Source: Plasmodiophora brassicae
Lineage: Eukaryota
NCBI GenBank assembly: GCA_036867785.1
Contig: CP145411.1
Location: forward strand, 1,116,001 to 1,180,000
Reading direction: 5' to 3'
Length of the DNA stretch: 64,000 nucleotides
Both the position numbers and the translations under genes were made by a program. This document shows positions 52,471-64,000 of the stretch, one piece after another; within the stretch, counting starts at the first letter, position 1, and each line of letters begins with the position of its first letter. The notes under the pieces were generated by a model. It did not search any database, was not told the origin of the DNA, and saw only the letters and a program-made list of their open reading frames with translations.

Positions 52471-52520
52471 TAGGGAACGATTGTACAGCGACCTCCACAC
52501 GTTGCACGTATAGCCTCCGT

Positions 52521-52997
52521 TTAGTCCATCGACGTCAGCATCCACTGAGGCCAGACGCGATCGTCCATGGCTTCCAGAAGGATCTGCGCGTGCGCATGCC
52601 TGGTCGCCACCTTGGCAAACCGTTCGAAGCCGGAGACCAGCAGGCACAGCCGCGGCCCTGGCTCCTGTCGGCGCTTCTCCATCACCTTCCGAAACATGGC
52701 GAGAGAGCTCGGCCCGCGAATCTGCGACTTCATGCAGTGGAACACAACGACGCGACGCGTGGCTAGGCGATCCGCCAGTTGGTCCAGCACGCGGTCGTCC
52801 AGTGAGGACGATGGCGCATGGATGGATCCCTGTTCCAAATCCTCAGCGAACCGAGACTACGAGAGGTCGATGGCCGACCCGACCGCAATATGCCCGCCAA
52901 GGCGGTCCTCGTCCCGAACGTCCACAACGGCGACCGCGCCGCGCTCCCCGAGCAGCAACTCGATCAACTCCTCGGCCGATATGTACGCTCCCGTCAT
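52521..52997 (-). CDS. Cdc25-like rhodanese phosphatase / arsenate reductase (Ibp1/Ych1/ACR2 type; 2 exons)
   Basis: VVDVRDEDRLGGHIAGSIHAPS, VVFHCMKSQIRGP, L.SGF..F. Confidence 0.88.
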
Positions 52998-53151
52998 GGC
53001 GGCACCGCCTACGCGCGCCGCGCCCGATGGTGCCGAAATGAAACGCAGTACGGGTCGCGCCACCATCGGCGCTCGCATGCGTCCCAACCTGGCAACGGTC
53101 CGTACGCCACCAAGACGTCAACCCGTATACTGCCGTGGACCCCTGACAATC

Positions 53152-53271
53152 GGTTACATTCATACAACACCGAATGTGCCGTATCTCATTCCGAATTGCG
53201 AAGCCAAATGGTGTTTGGCCTGTTCAGTACTCGGGAGGGGGACCACCGGGGAACCGCATGGTGATGTAACC
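53152..53271 (+). rRNA. 5S rRNA, copy 1 (120 nt)
   Basis: Ends pair (GGTTACAT / ATGTAACC); CATAC, CCG.ATC.C.T..GAA, GAAG, AGTACT.GG..GGG.GACC...GGGAA 5S signatures; T6 run immediately after. Confidence 0.93.
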
Positions 53272-53277
53272 TTTTTT
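53272..53277 (+). terminator. Pol III terminator (T6) of 5S copy 1
   Basis: TTTTTT directly after the 5S 3' end. Confidence 0.85.
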
Positions 53278-53411
53278 GTCTGGTGATGATCGCCGAAGTC
53301 ATCAACTGCTCTGTCGGCTCACTGCAAGTCTGCAACGTGCGCCATGGCAGGGCAGTGTCCCATGACAGAAGCGGGCTTTCGTGAAGTGGATGCACCGCCG
53401 ATAGAACCACC

Positions 53412-53531
53412 GGTTACGTTCATACAACACCGAATGTGCCGTATCTCATTCCGAATTGCGAAGCCAAATGGTGTTTGGCCTGTCCAGTACTCGGGAGGGG
53501 GACCACCGGGGAACCGCATGGTGATGTAACC
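53412..53531 (+). rRNA. 5S rRNA, copy 2 (120 nt)
   Basis: 118/120 identical to copy 1, offset by 260 bp; followed by T6. Confidence 0.93.
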
Positions 53532-53537
53532 TTTTTT
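53532..53537 (+). terminator. Pol III terminator (T6) of 5S copy 2
   Basis: TTTTTT directly after the 5S 3' end. Confidence 0.85.
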
Positions 53538-53544
53538 GTTTGGC

Positions 53545-54400
53545 GGGACCGGCAGCGCCTGACACTGCGCAACTCGTCTGGTTCGCCTCGAAACTCAAGG
53601 TCGTTGGATTCGATCGGCAAGTTATGCAAGATGGAACATGCCATGGTCATCTTCACGTTCCGCTCGTGTGATTTACGGTCCAGTTTGCCTCGCAGAACGT
53701 GAAAGCGTCCTGCCAGCCAACCGAAGGCGATCTCGACACCCATTCGGCATGACGACCAACAATCGTTATACCTGTGGAATCCAATCATTTCATTCTTCAC
53801 TTTGGATATACGTACAGTGCGACATTCCCATACGTGTGGTCGGCTGGAGTCAGAGAATGGTTTCCCCGTTGATCGTTCGGCACAGAATGGCAAGAAGGTT
53901 GTAAGCCGGGTAGAAGTGGTTTTTAGAAACGTCAGAATACCAACGAGCCCCGGGAAGACGGCGGCCAAACGTACAGTCGACCACGGATGGTGTGGCGCTC
54001 AGTGATGCATTGGGACTCGTCGGCCGATCAGCAATTAGCATAGCAACCGGCGTTCCAGCACCCGGACCCTTGGCGACGGATCGGGATCACGACGACGTCT
54101 TGGGCGCGGTTCGCGCGACTCGCCCACAGCACGAACGTCGACATCATTCTAACGAGAACGCCGGCACTTGCCGAGTTCCTGAACATTCGTGGGTGGCGCG
54201 CGCCCCCTTGTCCGGCATCGTTAGCGCAGCTGTACCCGTGCACCGTTGACGTCCGAACCAGAAGTATCGCAATCAGTAGCAGCAGGTTGCGTCATACGAC
54301 CCCAGCAGCATGCCCATCCAGATTCGATTGTTCAGCATTATCCAGTCCGCAGAGCGGCAGGCTTCCGACCTACGTACGCCCGATTCTACCGGCCGGAATC
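53545..54400 (-). pseudogene. Degenerate PIF/Harbinger (DDE_Tnp_4) transposase relic; boundaries approximate
   Basis: RYN...SSCRMGVEIAFGWLAGRFHVL...ACSILHN C-terminal block; broken upstream pieces YVGRK and NDAG..MFRNS; no continuous frame. Confidence 0.75.
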
Positions 54401-54619
54401 GTCGAGTGTCGCTTGTCGTCCCACGGGCTGCTCTCCACTGGCCACATGTTTACCGGCGGCACGAAGGTACCTGCAACGGAACACGAGATAGCAAGGTCCA
54501 AGTCACTGAAGTGGTGGACGCAGCGTTATCGTGCCACCTTACTCTACACGTACGATTCCTTCATACCGCAGGGCTATTCACAAACCGAGATGTATCGTAC
54601 CGTGTATTGGCCGGCTGAA

Positions 54620-56019
54620 TCAGACTGACTCGTCTTGTAGGAGAGCGTTGCAAAGAGGATCTCGGTGGCGTGTTCGGGGTGGTGGCAGGGGACCTGTTGC
54701 AACTGTCAGTGGCGGTTTATGTGGGTGACTTTGTCTGGGACGTACGTCCTTCGATTCCCGAGAACGGGACATTGCTGATGATGTCGTACCCGCGGGAGGC
54801 TTCATCAGTGAACCGCTGATGGGAAACGCGGGTAATTGCCATCTCAGCGGAACGATGAGCAGCCTGTTCGATCCGGGTCTAGGCATCGTGTCAAAGAGGT
54901 TGGACAGTTCACCGACAATGAACGACGCACCAGATTCTGCTTTTCGAACGTGTACTTGAGCTTGCGACCCGCCTTACGTCCCTCAGTGGCCGCATCGCGA
55001 ACCTTCAGCTGCTCCGGGTCGATTGCCTTCAGGTTGATGATGTCGAACAATTTTCCTTCGCTATAAGTGACAACCATCAATTGTTGGTGTTATTAGTGAA
55101 GGCTTGACGTGGTAGAAAGACCGCTTGCCTGGCGTCAGTGAACTGCGACGTTCGAGATGATTTCGGTGTGTCGTGGTCCTTCGACGGAGACTGCTGTCCC
55201 GATCTGAACGCGTATAATGAATTCGAAGCAGAGGACCATTCGGTACGAGCACGTACCTGTCTTCACATTTGATAATGTCGAAGGGATTCTGCTTGTAGTA
55301 TTTCTCCAGCGCCTCTTTCATGGCGAAGTTTGCATCAACCTGGATGGTGAGCTCAGCGCGACGACCCACGTATGTACCAATGTGGAGAGGGCACCGATTG
55401 CTTGGCATCGTTATGCACATGGTATGCGTTAGTGATGATATCATAGTCTCGGGGCTCCTTCCTTAGCGATGGCCGCGTCTCCGACGGCTCGTCGCACCTG
55501 CATAATGGCGAAGTCAATTATCGAAGACAGCAACACCTTATGATCAAGATTACGCTTCGTTAACAATGATGTTGTAACCCCGGCTGCGAAGAGCGGTGTC
55601 AGGAGGCGGATTCGGTTTGGCGCTTGGTTCACCCTTTTGGGTCCTGCACAGTGAGTAAACGTCAACGCAGGCACGAGTACTCGCCTACCGGCACTCCGGT
55701 AACGATCCGCTGATTGCTAACGATGTCCACAGGGCCGAACCGGTTGATAGCCTTGTCCTAAATTGGTTCCGTGATTAAAGTGACCCGCAATGCTGGCACA
55801 TGGGCGTACCTTCGCCTTGTTTACTGCGGAAACGAATGACTTGCTTTCCTGTTCCCTTGCGCGCTCATCTGCGCCAGCGTCTTTGAATGTCTGGGTGATG
55901 ATACAGTACTCGGCGGGAGGTCGCTTCGCCTTCCGCGATTTCACGCATGCAGCAGGGGTCGCTGGGGCTTCCTGCTTCTTGCGTTGGTACGCCTGGATAT
56001 CCTCCGCCCAGCTTGCCAT
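54620..56019 (-). CDS. Hypothetical multi-exon protein (3' end uncertain)
   Basis: MASWAEDIQAYQRKK..; spliceable exons with recurring [YF]xII motifs (YCII, FDII twice). Confidence 0.6.
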
Positions 56020-56119
56020 GGGTACACTCGTCGTCGGCCTCGTGTCGACAGGAACGCCTTACACTGTTGTGGTACGCAGATTGATCTCCGTACGAACTAT
56101 TGTCGGTTATTATATTAGT

Positions 56120-58697
56120 TTACGTCGTCACGATGCTTTTCGATGATTCGGACAGCTTCTCGATGAGCGCTTCCCCATTGCCACTGCTGAACGCATTGTT
56201 AATATCGTCCGCAGTCAGCCCTACTTCTTCAGCTTGGTAACCTTGTACAATGCCGAGTCAGCAGCGGTCATTATTCGACAACTTAACAACTTACATTGCG
56301 CAACGAGGGTCTCGAAACGCTTGAAACTGGTAATGAAGTACTCGTTCATGCACGTCCAAACATACGGGAGAAGGACGTTCTTGTCACCGAGGTGTTTGAC
56401 GACTCGTTGCATCATGGCGTTCACCTGTTTCTGCACTTTCTTCTTCACGAGATGCGTCTTGCACAGTGCACGCAGGTCCTGCTTCGACAAGCCTGGCGTA
56501 AACGGTACGTCACGCGGCGACGACAAGTTCGCTGCCGTCGACTCTAGCAGCGCAAAGAACTCGAACACCTTCGGGAACTCGTACTTCACGCTCCAGGACA
56601 CATACAGATCCCGGTTCTCCTTGTACATGTCGTACGCCTTCCTCTGGTACTGAGCCAGGCACGGAATGTGACTGAACTCAGACAGGGCACGCCAAAAGAA
56701 GTGGGCGTTCTCCATCAGGACCAGGTTGGCGTATTTCGGTTCTTGGTTGGCAATTTGAGGAAGCCATCCAAGCATGCAATCGATCAGCCGCGTATACGTC
56801 TCGTCGGCAGTGGCGCAGCGAGTTCGTCCACAGCTTGCAGCAGCTTCCATGCGTTCGATGAATCGCGGTAGCCGTGCAAACGGTCCAAGAATACCGGCGC
56901 GCTTCGTCGAGCTCTTGAAGCCCTCGATCCAGGTCAACTGCTCCTTAGTGAACTCGTTGAACAGCGTCTGCAAGCGTGACCGCAGTTGGGCTAGAATCGA
57001 CTCAGCGTAGACACACGCGCCCTTGTGCTCCTCTTGAAGTTGCTCGATTTTGACGAGCATGCGCAGGGTGTACATGTGGTCCATCTCATCGCATTTGTCC
57101 GCCAAGGCACAGAACTCTTCCTCCAGTCCTTTGAACAAGGTCCGCATCATTTCCAGCACATCGGCCTCGTTCTGATGGACCAACTAATGCGGAAATGAGC
57201 AGGCGTTTAATCCCCCCGGATACCAATATACATACGACGTCTTCGTTGGTAGCGGCATCGGCGCCGTCCTCGTTAGGTATCTGGCGTTTCACACCAAAGA
57301 ACTCAAGGCAAAAGTCCTGCTCTTCAACTATATGGAACGCCAAGTGTAAGCACACGTTTCCCTGAGAACTCACCAAAAGGACCAACCTAGAATGGGAATC
57401 GCCGTATCAAGAGCATCGGAGAACACATGCGTAACGATCTTCTTGTTGGTGTCCTTGAAATTCCTGATTTGCACATGTTATTGCACCTTGGCGAGCATTA
57501 CAGAGAGAGAGACGGCAGTATTACTTTCCGGATCCAGCACGTGCAATGGGACTGCCTGGTTCCGCAGTTGCAGGCATCGCGTTCAGGCCACAGTCATGCT
57601 TCTCGCGAACGATGGCCTTCTTTTGAGCTTGGAAGAACCCGAGAAACTGAGTCGAATACGATGCGTAGAACTGCTTGGCGTATTGGCGACGTATGGAAAT
57701 AAACGATTCACTGTCAAGCGTCTCCAGAACGGCGGCTAGCTGGTCGTATTTGCCCAGTGCACGATGCCGATCTTCGTTGCTGACAAGTACTTCGTCATAC
57801 GATTCTGATGCCGCCTCAGCCAGCTTCTGCGCCTTAGCTTGGAACATTGTCGTGAAGAACTTGCTTGCATGGTCGCAGAAGCGCCGTCGAACCTAGGAGG
57901 AGCGTGAGTCTGCCTGCCACCATGTCACTGTTCCACAATGGACCTGCTCCATCTCCAGTTTTCGTTCACGCACGGCGGCAAGGTTCTCGAGCCCATTGAG
58001 AAACCGCCGGTTGAGCAATGCGTCCAGGTCGCGTGCCGCCTTGACGGTCCGGTTGAAGTCCGCCTGGGTTGCCGATGGTGACATTATCGAAGGAGACCCC
58101 AGCTCATGCAACGTGTCGTCATCTGGAGGCGCGTGTTATCCTCGATGGCGTACGTATCGCACACCATCGTAACCGAGTACCAAGGGTCAAATCATAGAGC
58201 AGCTTCTGCAACGTCTCTGCCAGTAGCGTGTGATTGCGCTCCTGCAGGTCGAGAAGCCGATTTCGATTCTCAATTTGTCCAATGCCAACCTACCCAGGGA
58301 CGGGCGATCAGAACGCCACGATCGAGACGAACGGTATTCAGTACGAGGCACGCACCCGCATACGATTGAGGCTCCGGTCATGATGACGTAACCATTTACC
58401 CATCTCGACGACCTTCTCCTTGATCTTCCCGATATCGCCCACGATGGACTGGGCGGAGTTCTCGTCCGAGACCAGGGCGCGCGTGTTCTCCGCCTCGATG
58501 ACCTCGAGGCGGGCGAGCAGCACGCCCTCGAGCTGATGGATCTCGCTGACGCCCAGGTTGGCCTGCTTCATGAACCGCTTGATGTCCGCCGCCTCCTCCG
58601 CCGACATGGCCGGCAGCTCCGTCTGCTGCGACGCCGCCTGGTGCGCCCCGCCATCGTCTGCACTGCGGCTGCCTCCACCGAGCCCCAATCGCACCAT
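56120..58697 (-). CDS. SEC3: Exocyst subunit Sec3/EXOC1, lacking the N-terminal PH-like domain
   Basis: L..LEVIEAEN..AL, IENRNRLLDLQERN..L, KRAGIL, VLMENAHFF, F.KVFEFF..LE, LSKQDLR, V.KHL, LL..VW. Confidence 0.88.
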
Positions 58698-58886
58698 GAC
58701 TGGCCGCGGCCCGCCGCAACTTCCATCCGCCTGCCCCGCGCGCGATCGTTCCAGCGGCGTGGGCAGTACACACCTGTGCAACGGGCGCTCAGGATCGTGC
58801 TTCTATACAGGACATACATATGCACATGGGTCTGACCCGTACCCGGTGCAGAGGTTGCGACAAATATCTGGTCGAGGGCGACACCA

Positions 58887-60735
58887 ATGGCGTCGGCGCT
58901 GCGCAGGTTTAAGAATCGGCTGACGGGCAGGCACGATGCCCTGCAGGCGTTGCGGATGACGCCGCTCTGCATCGAGTACGACGACCGGGCGTTGCACGAG
59001 CTCGCCAAGCGGTTCGAGAGGATGGACGTGAAGGCCGGCGAGATCGTCTACCGGCAGGGCGACGACGCCACGTTCTGGGGCGTCGTCTTCCGGGGCGCCC
59101 TGGTCGTCAAGATCCGGCGCGGAGCGAACAACCCGCCCGTCGAGATCTGCGACAAGACCGCCGGGGACTTTGTCGGCGATGACGGCGTCCTGACCGGCAA
59201 GAAGACGCGCACCGTCATCCTGGAAGCCAAGACGCCCGCCGCGATCTTCATCCTGCCCACGTCGGTCCTGCTGCAGATGAAGCGCGACTACGCCGAGGAC
59301 CAGCAGCCGTCCCAAGCGCAGCCGATGCCGCTTCTGGTCTACGTCGGCACGGCGCTCATCGAGAACAGCATCGCCAAGTTGCCCATGTTCGGCGACATCA
59401 CACACCACATTCCGCTGATCGCCCGGTAAACGCAATCGTCGTGTCCCGGGCGACTATGACACCCGCCTAACGGTCGTGCCCGGGTTCAGCATGCTGCACT
59501 ATCGCGTGGTGGACGAGGGCGAACACATCATCAGGGAGGGCGGCATCGGCGACACCATGTACTTTGTCGAACGCGGGCACTTCCACGTGACCATGGGGGA
59601 GGGGTCAACGGCGATCGTCCGCGACGAGATCAAAGCGGGCGAGTTCTTCGGCGAGACGGCGTTGCTGATGCAGATCCCGCGCACCGGCAACGTGGTCGCC
59701 ACCGAACCGTCGCTCGTGTTCGAGCTGCGCGCCAGCGAGTTCAAACGATTCCTGAACGTGTCCATCGCCGTCGAGGAGCGCCTCCGTCGCCGCATGCTCG
59801 ATCGTATCGCCGGCCAGTTCCGCAAGTACAAGGTCCCGTTCTTCGAGTCGCTGACGGATGACGCGTTCCTGAAGATCGCCCAGATGGCCGAGTGTACGGC
59901 CGTCGACGAGCACACGGTCGTGTTCCGCGAGGGCGACGTCGCCGATCGGTTTTACATGATCGTCCATGGCGACGTGATGGTCCAGACCACAACATCCGAC
60001 GGCAACGAGGTGGCACGGGTGCTGGGCCCCGGCAGTGTCTTCGGCGAGGTCGCTCTCATGACGGGATCACCTCGGACGGCAACGGTGACGACCGCGTCAC
60101 GATGCGTGTTCCTGACGTTGGAGCGGGCCGCGTTCCTGACCGAGTTCGGCAACGAGAACTCGCAGGCGGCCACTGCACTGCGAATCAACTTCACCAGGCC
60201 CGAGTCGATCACGTTGACCGACGTGCTCAGGTACCCGAAGGCGTCTGAGATCCTCATCAAGTTCGCCGAGTCGGAGATGTCAGCCGAGAATATTCAGTTC
60301 TGGCTGGCCTGCGAGCGGTTCGCGACCTCCAGTGAGGGCGACACTGCAGGCAGGGCCCGGGCCCTGTTCGTCACCTACCTCGGCAAGGACGCATCCCAAG
60401 AGGTACCCGCGTCCACGCCAGAGAACGACCCGCCCCTGACGACCCTTCAGGTTGCCATTCCCGCCAACGTACTGAATAGGATTCGGACCAAGCTCAGGGA
60501 CCCGTCGACAATCGACGTGACGCTGTACATGAGCGCACAGGCGGCCGTGACGCAGTCGATTCAGCTCGGCACGTTCCAGCGGTTCCGCAACTCGCCGCTC
60601 TTCCAGCAGTTGATCAGCGTGCTGCGCGGCGAACAGTACAGCGGGAATTTGATCGAAGAGGTCATTGCACGCAACAACGACCGTAAAGTCGCCGAGAGCC
60701 ACGCCGAAGACTCGGAGAAGGAACCGCTCGCATAG
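58887..60735 (+). CDS. Protein with three cNMP-binding domains and a C-terminal RGS domain
   Basis: IVYRQGD, IIREGGIGDTMYFV..FFGETALL..PRTGNV, VFREGDVADRFYMI..FGEVALM..PRTATV; RGS: F.ESEMSAENIQFWLACERF..TFQRFRNSPLF. Confidence 0.9.
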
Positions 60736-60790
60736 AAATACAGGCCGACGTCATCACATCGGACGTGCGGGATTGTCACGTATTATTAAT

Positions 60791-62305
60791 TTAGTCGGTG
60801 AACAATTTGACGGAGCGCCGTCTTTGAAAGGTGAGCCACAGGATGGTTACGGCGGCAGCGACGATGAAGATGGCGTCGAACCAGGCGTGGAACAGGTCAA
60901 ACTCCAGGTTGCCGAGGACATCCGTGATGATCTGCCTGTACTCCAGCGGGAGATTGACGCGCATGAGCAGGACCGAACTGACAAAGTAGAAGCCCATGAT
61001 CTCGGCGAGCATCAGGATGAAGATGTTGGACGTCAGGTCGGAGCTACTGGCGCTAAACACCCTGGTCAGCTGGAGCAGGAAGCTCCGCACCTGGGTGAAC
61101 ACCAGAATGCCGATGAACATGAACGAGATGTGCTGCGACCAGAAGCGCAGGTCGACCTGCAAGTTGAGCACCTGCTGGCAGACGATCTCCAGCCCTCGAC
61201 TGATCGGATCTTTGCCTTGCTTGCGTTGGAATATGACGTTGACCGACGACATGAAGAACTTGTACACGCAGTAACCGCTCATGATATAGCCGAGCAGAGT
61301 GTAGTACTTGCCCAGGCAGGTCCTGCTGAACGCGAGGCGCTCCCTTGCCAAATGCAGCTCATGGACCTCGTTAAACAGTTGCAGCCGGAGCGCATCGCTC
61401 CTGGCGATTTCGGCTTTCAGGTGCCGGATTTCGTCCTCAGCCTGCTGCTGCTCGGTGCGTCGCCCGGGCCACAACCGCGACAGAAGCCCGGTCGTTGACG
61501 GCGTGCCTGATTTCACAGGCAATGACCGCGCGCGCCACCGACATAACGCCAGCTTCTTCTGCTTTGACATCATGACGGACATGCACTGCATAAGTTGGCG
61601 TTCCAGAGCGACAATCTCGCTAGCCTGCCGGAACGGGTAAGTAACCCGATACATACAAGCCGTTGAGGCACGACGATCATCCATACCTGGACGTCTGTAT
61701 CCGTGGAGAACGAGTACGAATACGGGCAGTGGACGGCACCGAACCCAGACAGGATCGCCATAAGGGCCACCCCAATGACACCAATTCTGCTGACAGCTTG
61801 CTCGATCGACAGCAAGTCTGTGAAGCAGGAGAGTCAGGCGCCCCCCGTTGACCACTGCAAGCAGATGACATCGTCACCGACCAAGCGTCGATAAGTTCGC
61901 CAGCCCGCCTTTAACGACTGGGAACATGAGGCCGATGCGCCAGAATGAATACAAGAGCGGGACTAGGGCGAACGCCGCCACCTGAAGCGCGCGATCCCGG
62001 CGCCAGTTGCGTTCGCGAAGGTAGGTGTAGATGGAATAGAACGGCAACAGGAACACAAGAATGGAAACCATGGCAGACAGGTCGAACCGCCAGCTCGTGC
62101 GCCTCGTATCGCGATCGAGCGTATCCGCGATCTCAAAGACGAACAGCTGGAGCATGGAGCAGGACAGGGCGAACGTCGCGGAGAACAGGGCGCGCACGAG
62201 CGTGTTCTTGACCTCGTAGTCCTTGAAGAGCTGCCGGCGGAACCACTGCCAGCCGAACGCGAAGTACAGGATGTGCGTCGATGCGAGGACGACCAGTGGC
62301 CACAT
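60791..62305 (-). CDS. GPR89: GPR89/GPHR/GTG (Golgi pH regulator / GPCR-type G protein; 3 exons)
   Basis: [87 protein letters not shown]. Confidence 0.95.
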
Positions 62306-62551
62306 CGCATCCGGCCGGGCGCTCCAACGGACGAGGCACGGGCGGCGACGTGCGCGGATTTTCCTCCTGGGCACCGCTATACCTACTGCCCCGGGCGACC
62401 GGCGAGTGGTCTCTGCTGCCGCAGCAATGACACGAACCCCTTTCTGCAATGCGTTTCCGACACTCCTTCCCAGCTATACGTCTGTTTCGCCACGGTATAC
62501 CCAAAGCATAGGCCATCTACCAGCTATACGGTTGTAGGGTTGCCGGCAGTT

Positions 62552-63565
62552 TTATAGTCGGTCTAGAAACGCGTTAAGTGCAAACAGGATCTGTGCTTGC
62601 TCGTTCGGGTTCTGTGATCGGGACAGCTGCGCCATCAGCTGGTCGAGTTGCTGCAACCGAGGGCCTGAGTTCGCGGTGCGATGAAATCGGGCATGCCCAT
62701 AGATCCGACCTGGACGTTCGCGCTGAGAGCATTGGCTGTGTCGAACTGCCCCTGCGCCCTTGCGTCTTGGACGGCGCGAACCAGGCGGTTCTTTGTCCAA
62801 TTGACGCGATCCATATCGAGGACGGGAGCAGAGGCGGTGTAACCGCGAGGAGGGCGATGCGGGGGAGGGGGTGCTGGTCCTCGGTCATACCCTGGGTGAG
62901 CGGTCGTCGGCATCGGTGGGGGCGCTCGTTGAGGTGGTGGAGGCGGAGGCCCTCTTCGAGGCACGATGTCAGAGAATTCATAGCAGATCAAGGGGCGTCG
63001 AGGCAACCTGGGAGGAGCTGGATGCATCGTTCTAGACGTGTCGGCGGCGGCGCTCGACGACGAGTGCCGCAACGTTTTCGCTGGATCGGGCGCCAGGCGA
63101 GGGGTCTTCTTGCAGATTCATATTGTCAGCATCCCACGCCAAACGTGCAGTGGACGACACCGGCATGCCGCTTACATTCCTAATGGCAGGCAGCCGCCGC
63201 GTGACATTGCCAGACACGTATATCTTGGGACAGTTGGTGTACGGGGGCGGCGGTGGCAGATCCGTATGGAACGCATCGCTGGCCATGATCGGGTTCACCG
63301 CCTCCTCTTCATCGGTCGGAACGATCTTGCGGAACGACGTCGTCCCATCATCGCCAACCGGGCTATAGGTCGTCACGTTCGGCGCATACGACGGCGGCTG
63401 GTCCGGCGATGGCGGCTGCCCAGCACCATGCGGCGACACCCGCTTCGAACTCCATGTCGGCAGGCGTCGCACGAGCCCGCCCTGCGGCGGCGTCGGATTC
63501 GGGAACGCCCGGACCAGCGGGCGCGGCGGCTGCCGAAGTGGCGGTGCGGGCGGATCAGACGCCAT
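62552..63565 (-). CDS. Proline-rich hypothetical protein (multi-exon)
   Basis: MASDPPAPPLRQPP.. plus downstream minus-strand Pro-rich ORFs ending QILFALNAFLDRL*. Confidence 0.55.
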
Positions 63566-64000
63566 CGCAGCCTATGATAGGGGCCATACAAAACCCGGTC
63601 GATCGGCGAGAGGGGCCCACGTTACGCGCGCGCGCAGATGACGCTGCCCAGTGCCCACGCACTCGGAACCTATCATCGCCGGTGGAGACAGGCAATACTA
63701 CACCTACCTACCTACAGTGTACTACAGGGATAGCAGTACAGAGTGAAGCCTCAGTTTAAGCACGTATACGTGTCCTAATCGTGGGGCGTGTCTGACACTT
63801 TCCAGGGATAACCCTATGGGCAGGTAAAGATAATGGGTTTATAACGGGCCACCTCTGGTAAACTGGTAGAAGCGCATCTCATCCGACGATATCCGGCGCG
63901 TACCTACTACCATATGAAGGAGTTTGTCGCGTACTGCAAGGATAGGTGCACTGCCCGACTAATGGAACGGCACTTGGGCACTTGGCGGTTGTGATGAATG

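Noticed and set aside
53283-53411. C/D snoRNA or SL RNA in the 5S spacer (GTGATGA and a TGATGA..TCATCA hairpin)
   Set aside because: No CTGA box D and no Sm site found.
53151-53543. 133-bp direct repeat read as an LTR pair or CRISPR-like array, and ORFs crossing it
   Set aside because: The repeat is 5S rRNA plus its terminator; the overlapping ORFs are incidental.
60665-61498. Long antisense ORFs here and elsewhere (e.g. 42734-43618, 33619-34410)
   Set aside because: Expected shadow ORFs of GC-rich coding sequence.

Overview
This is a gene-dense, GC-rich eukaryotic chromosome segment with about 37 protein-coding genes, short (~45-70 nt) GT-AG introns and intergenic gaps often under 150 bp. 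The style and the flagellar and meiotic gene content suggest a compact protist genome, possibly a plasmodiophorid (inference only). Exon structures were reconstructed by eye, so some boundaries are approximate. Recognisable genes, in order: SelK-like (Cys form), RraA/HMG aldolase, INTS1-like, ASCC2, MND1, NEMF, tafazzin, a 3-RRM protein, MFSD1, E2F, PLMT, a divergent H3/H4 pair, NDUFA8-like, a GT60 GlcNAc-transferase, mL43, a DUSP11-like phosphatase, two ciliary repeat proteins, two SLC35B transporters, an ENT, a class-3 lipase, an aldonolactone oxidoreductase, ZSWIM2, a BAT2_N protein, condensin CAP-H, MAPK15, a Cdc25-like rhodanese, Sec3, a 3x cNMP + RGS protein and GPR89. Non-coding features include two tandem 5S rRNA genes abutting a PIF/Harbinger transposase relic, a 3' stem-loop shared by H3 and H4, and a nested palindrome. 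The most interesting candidates are the cNMP-RGS fusion tail-to-tail with GPR89, the 5S/Harbinger arrangement, the 6-nt-loop histone stem-loop, a DNAJB12-N/DUF2905-like chimera and the linkage of ASCC2 with NEMF.
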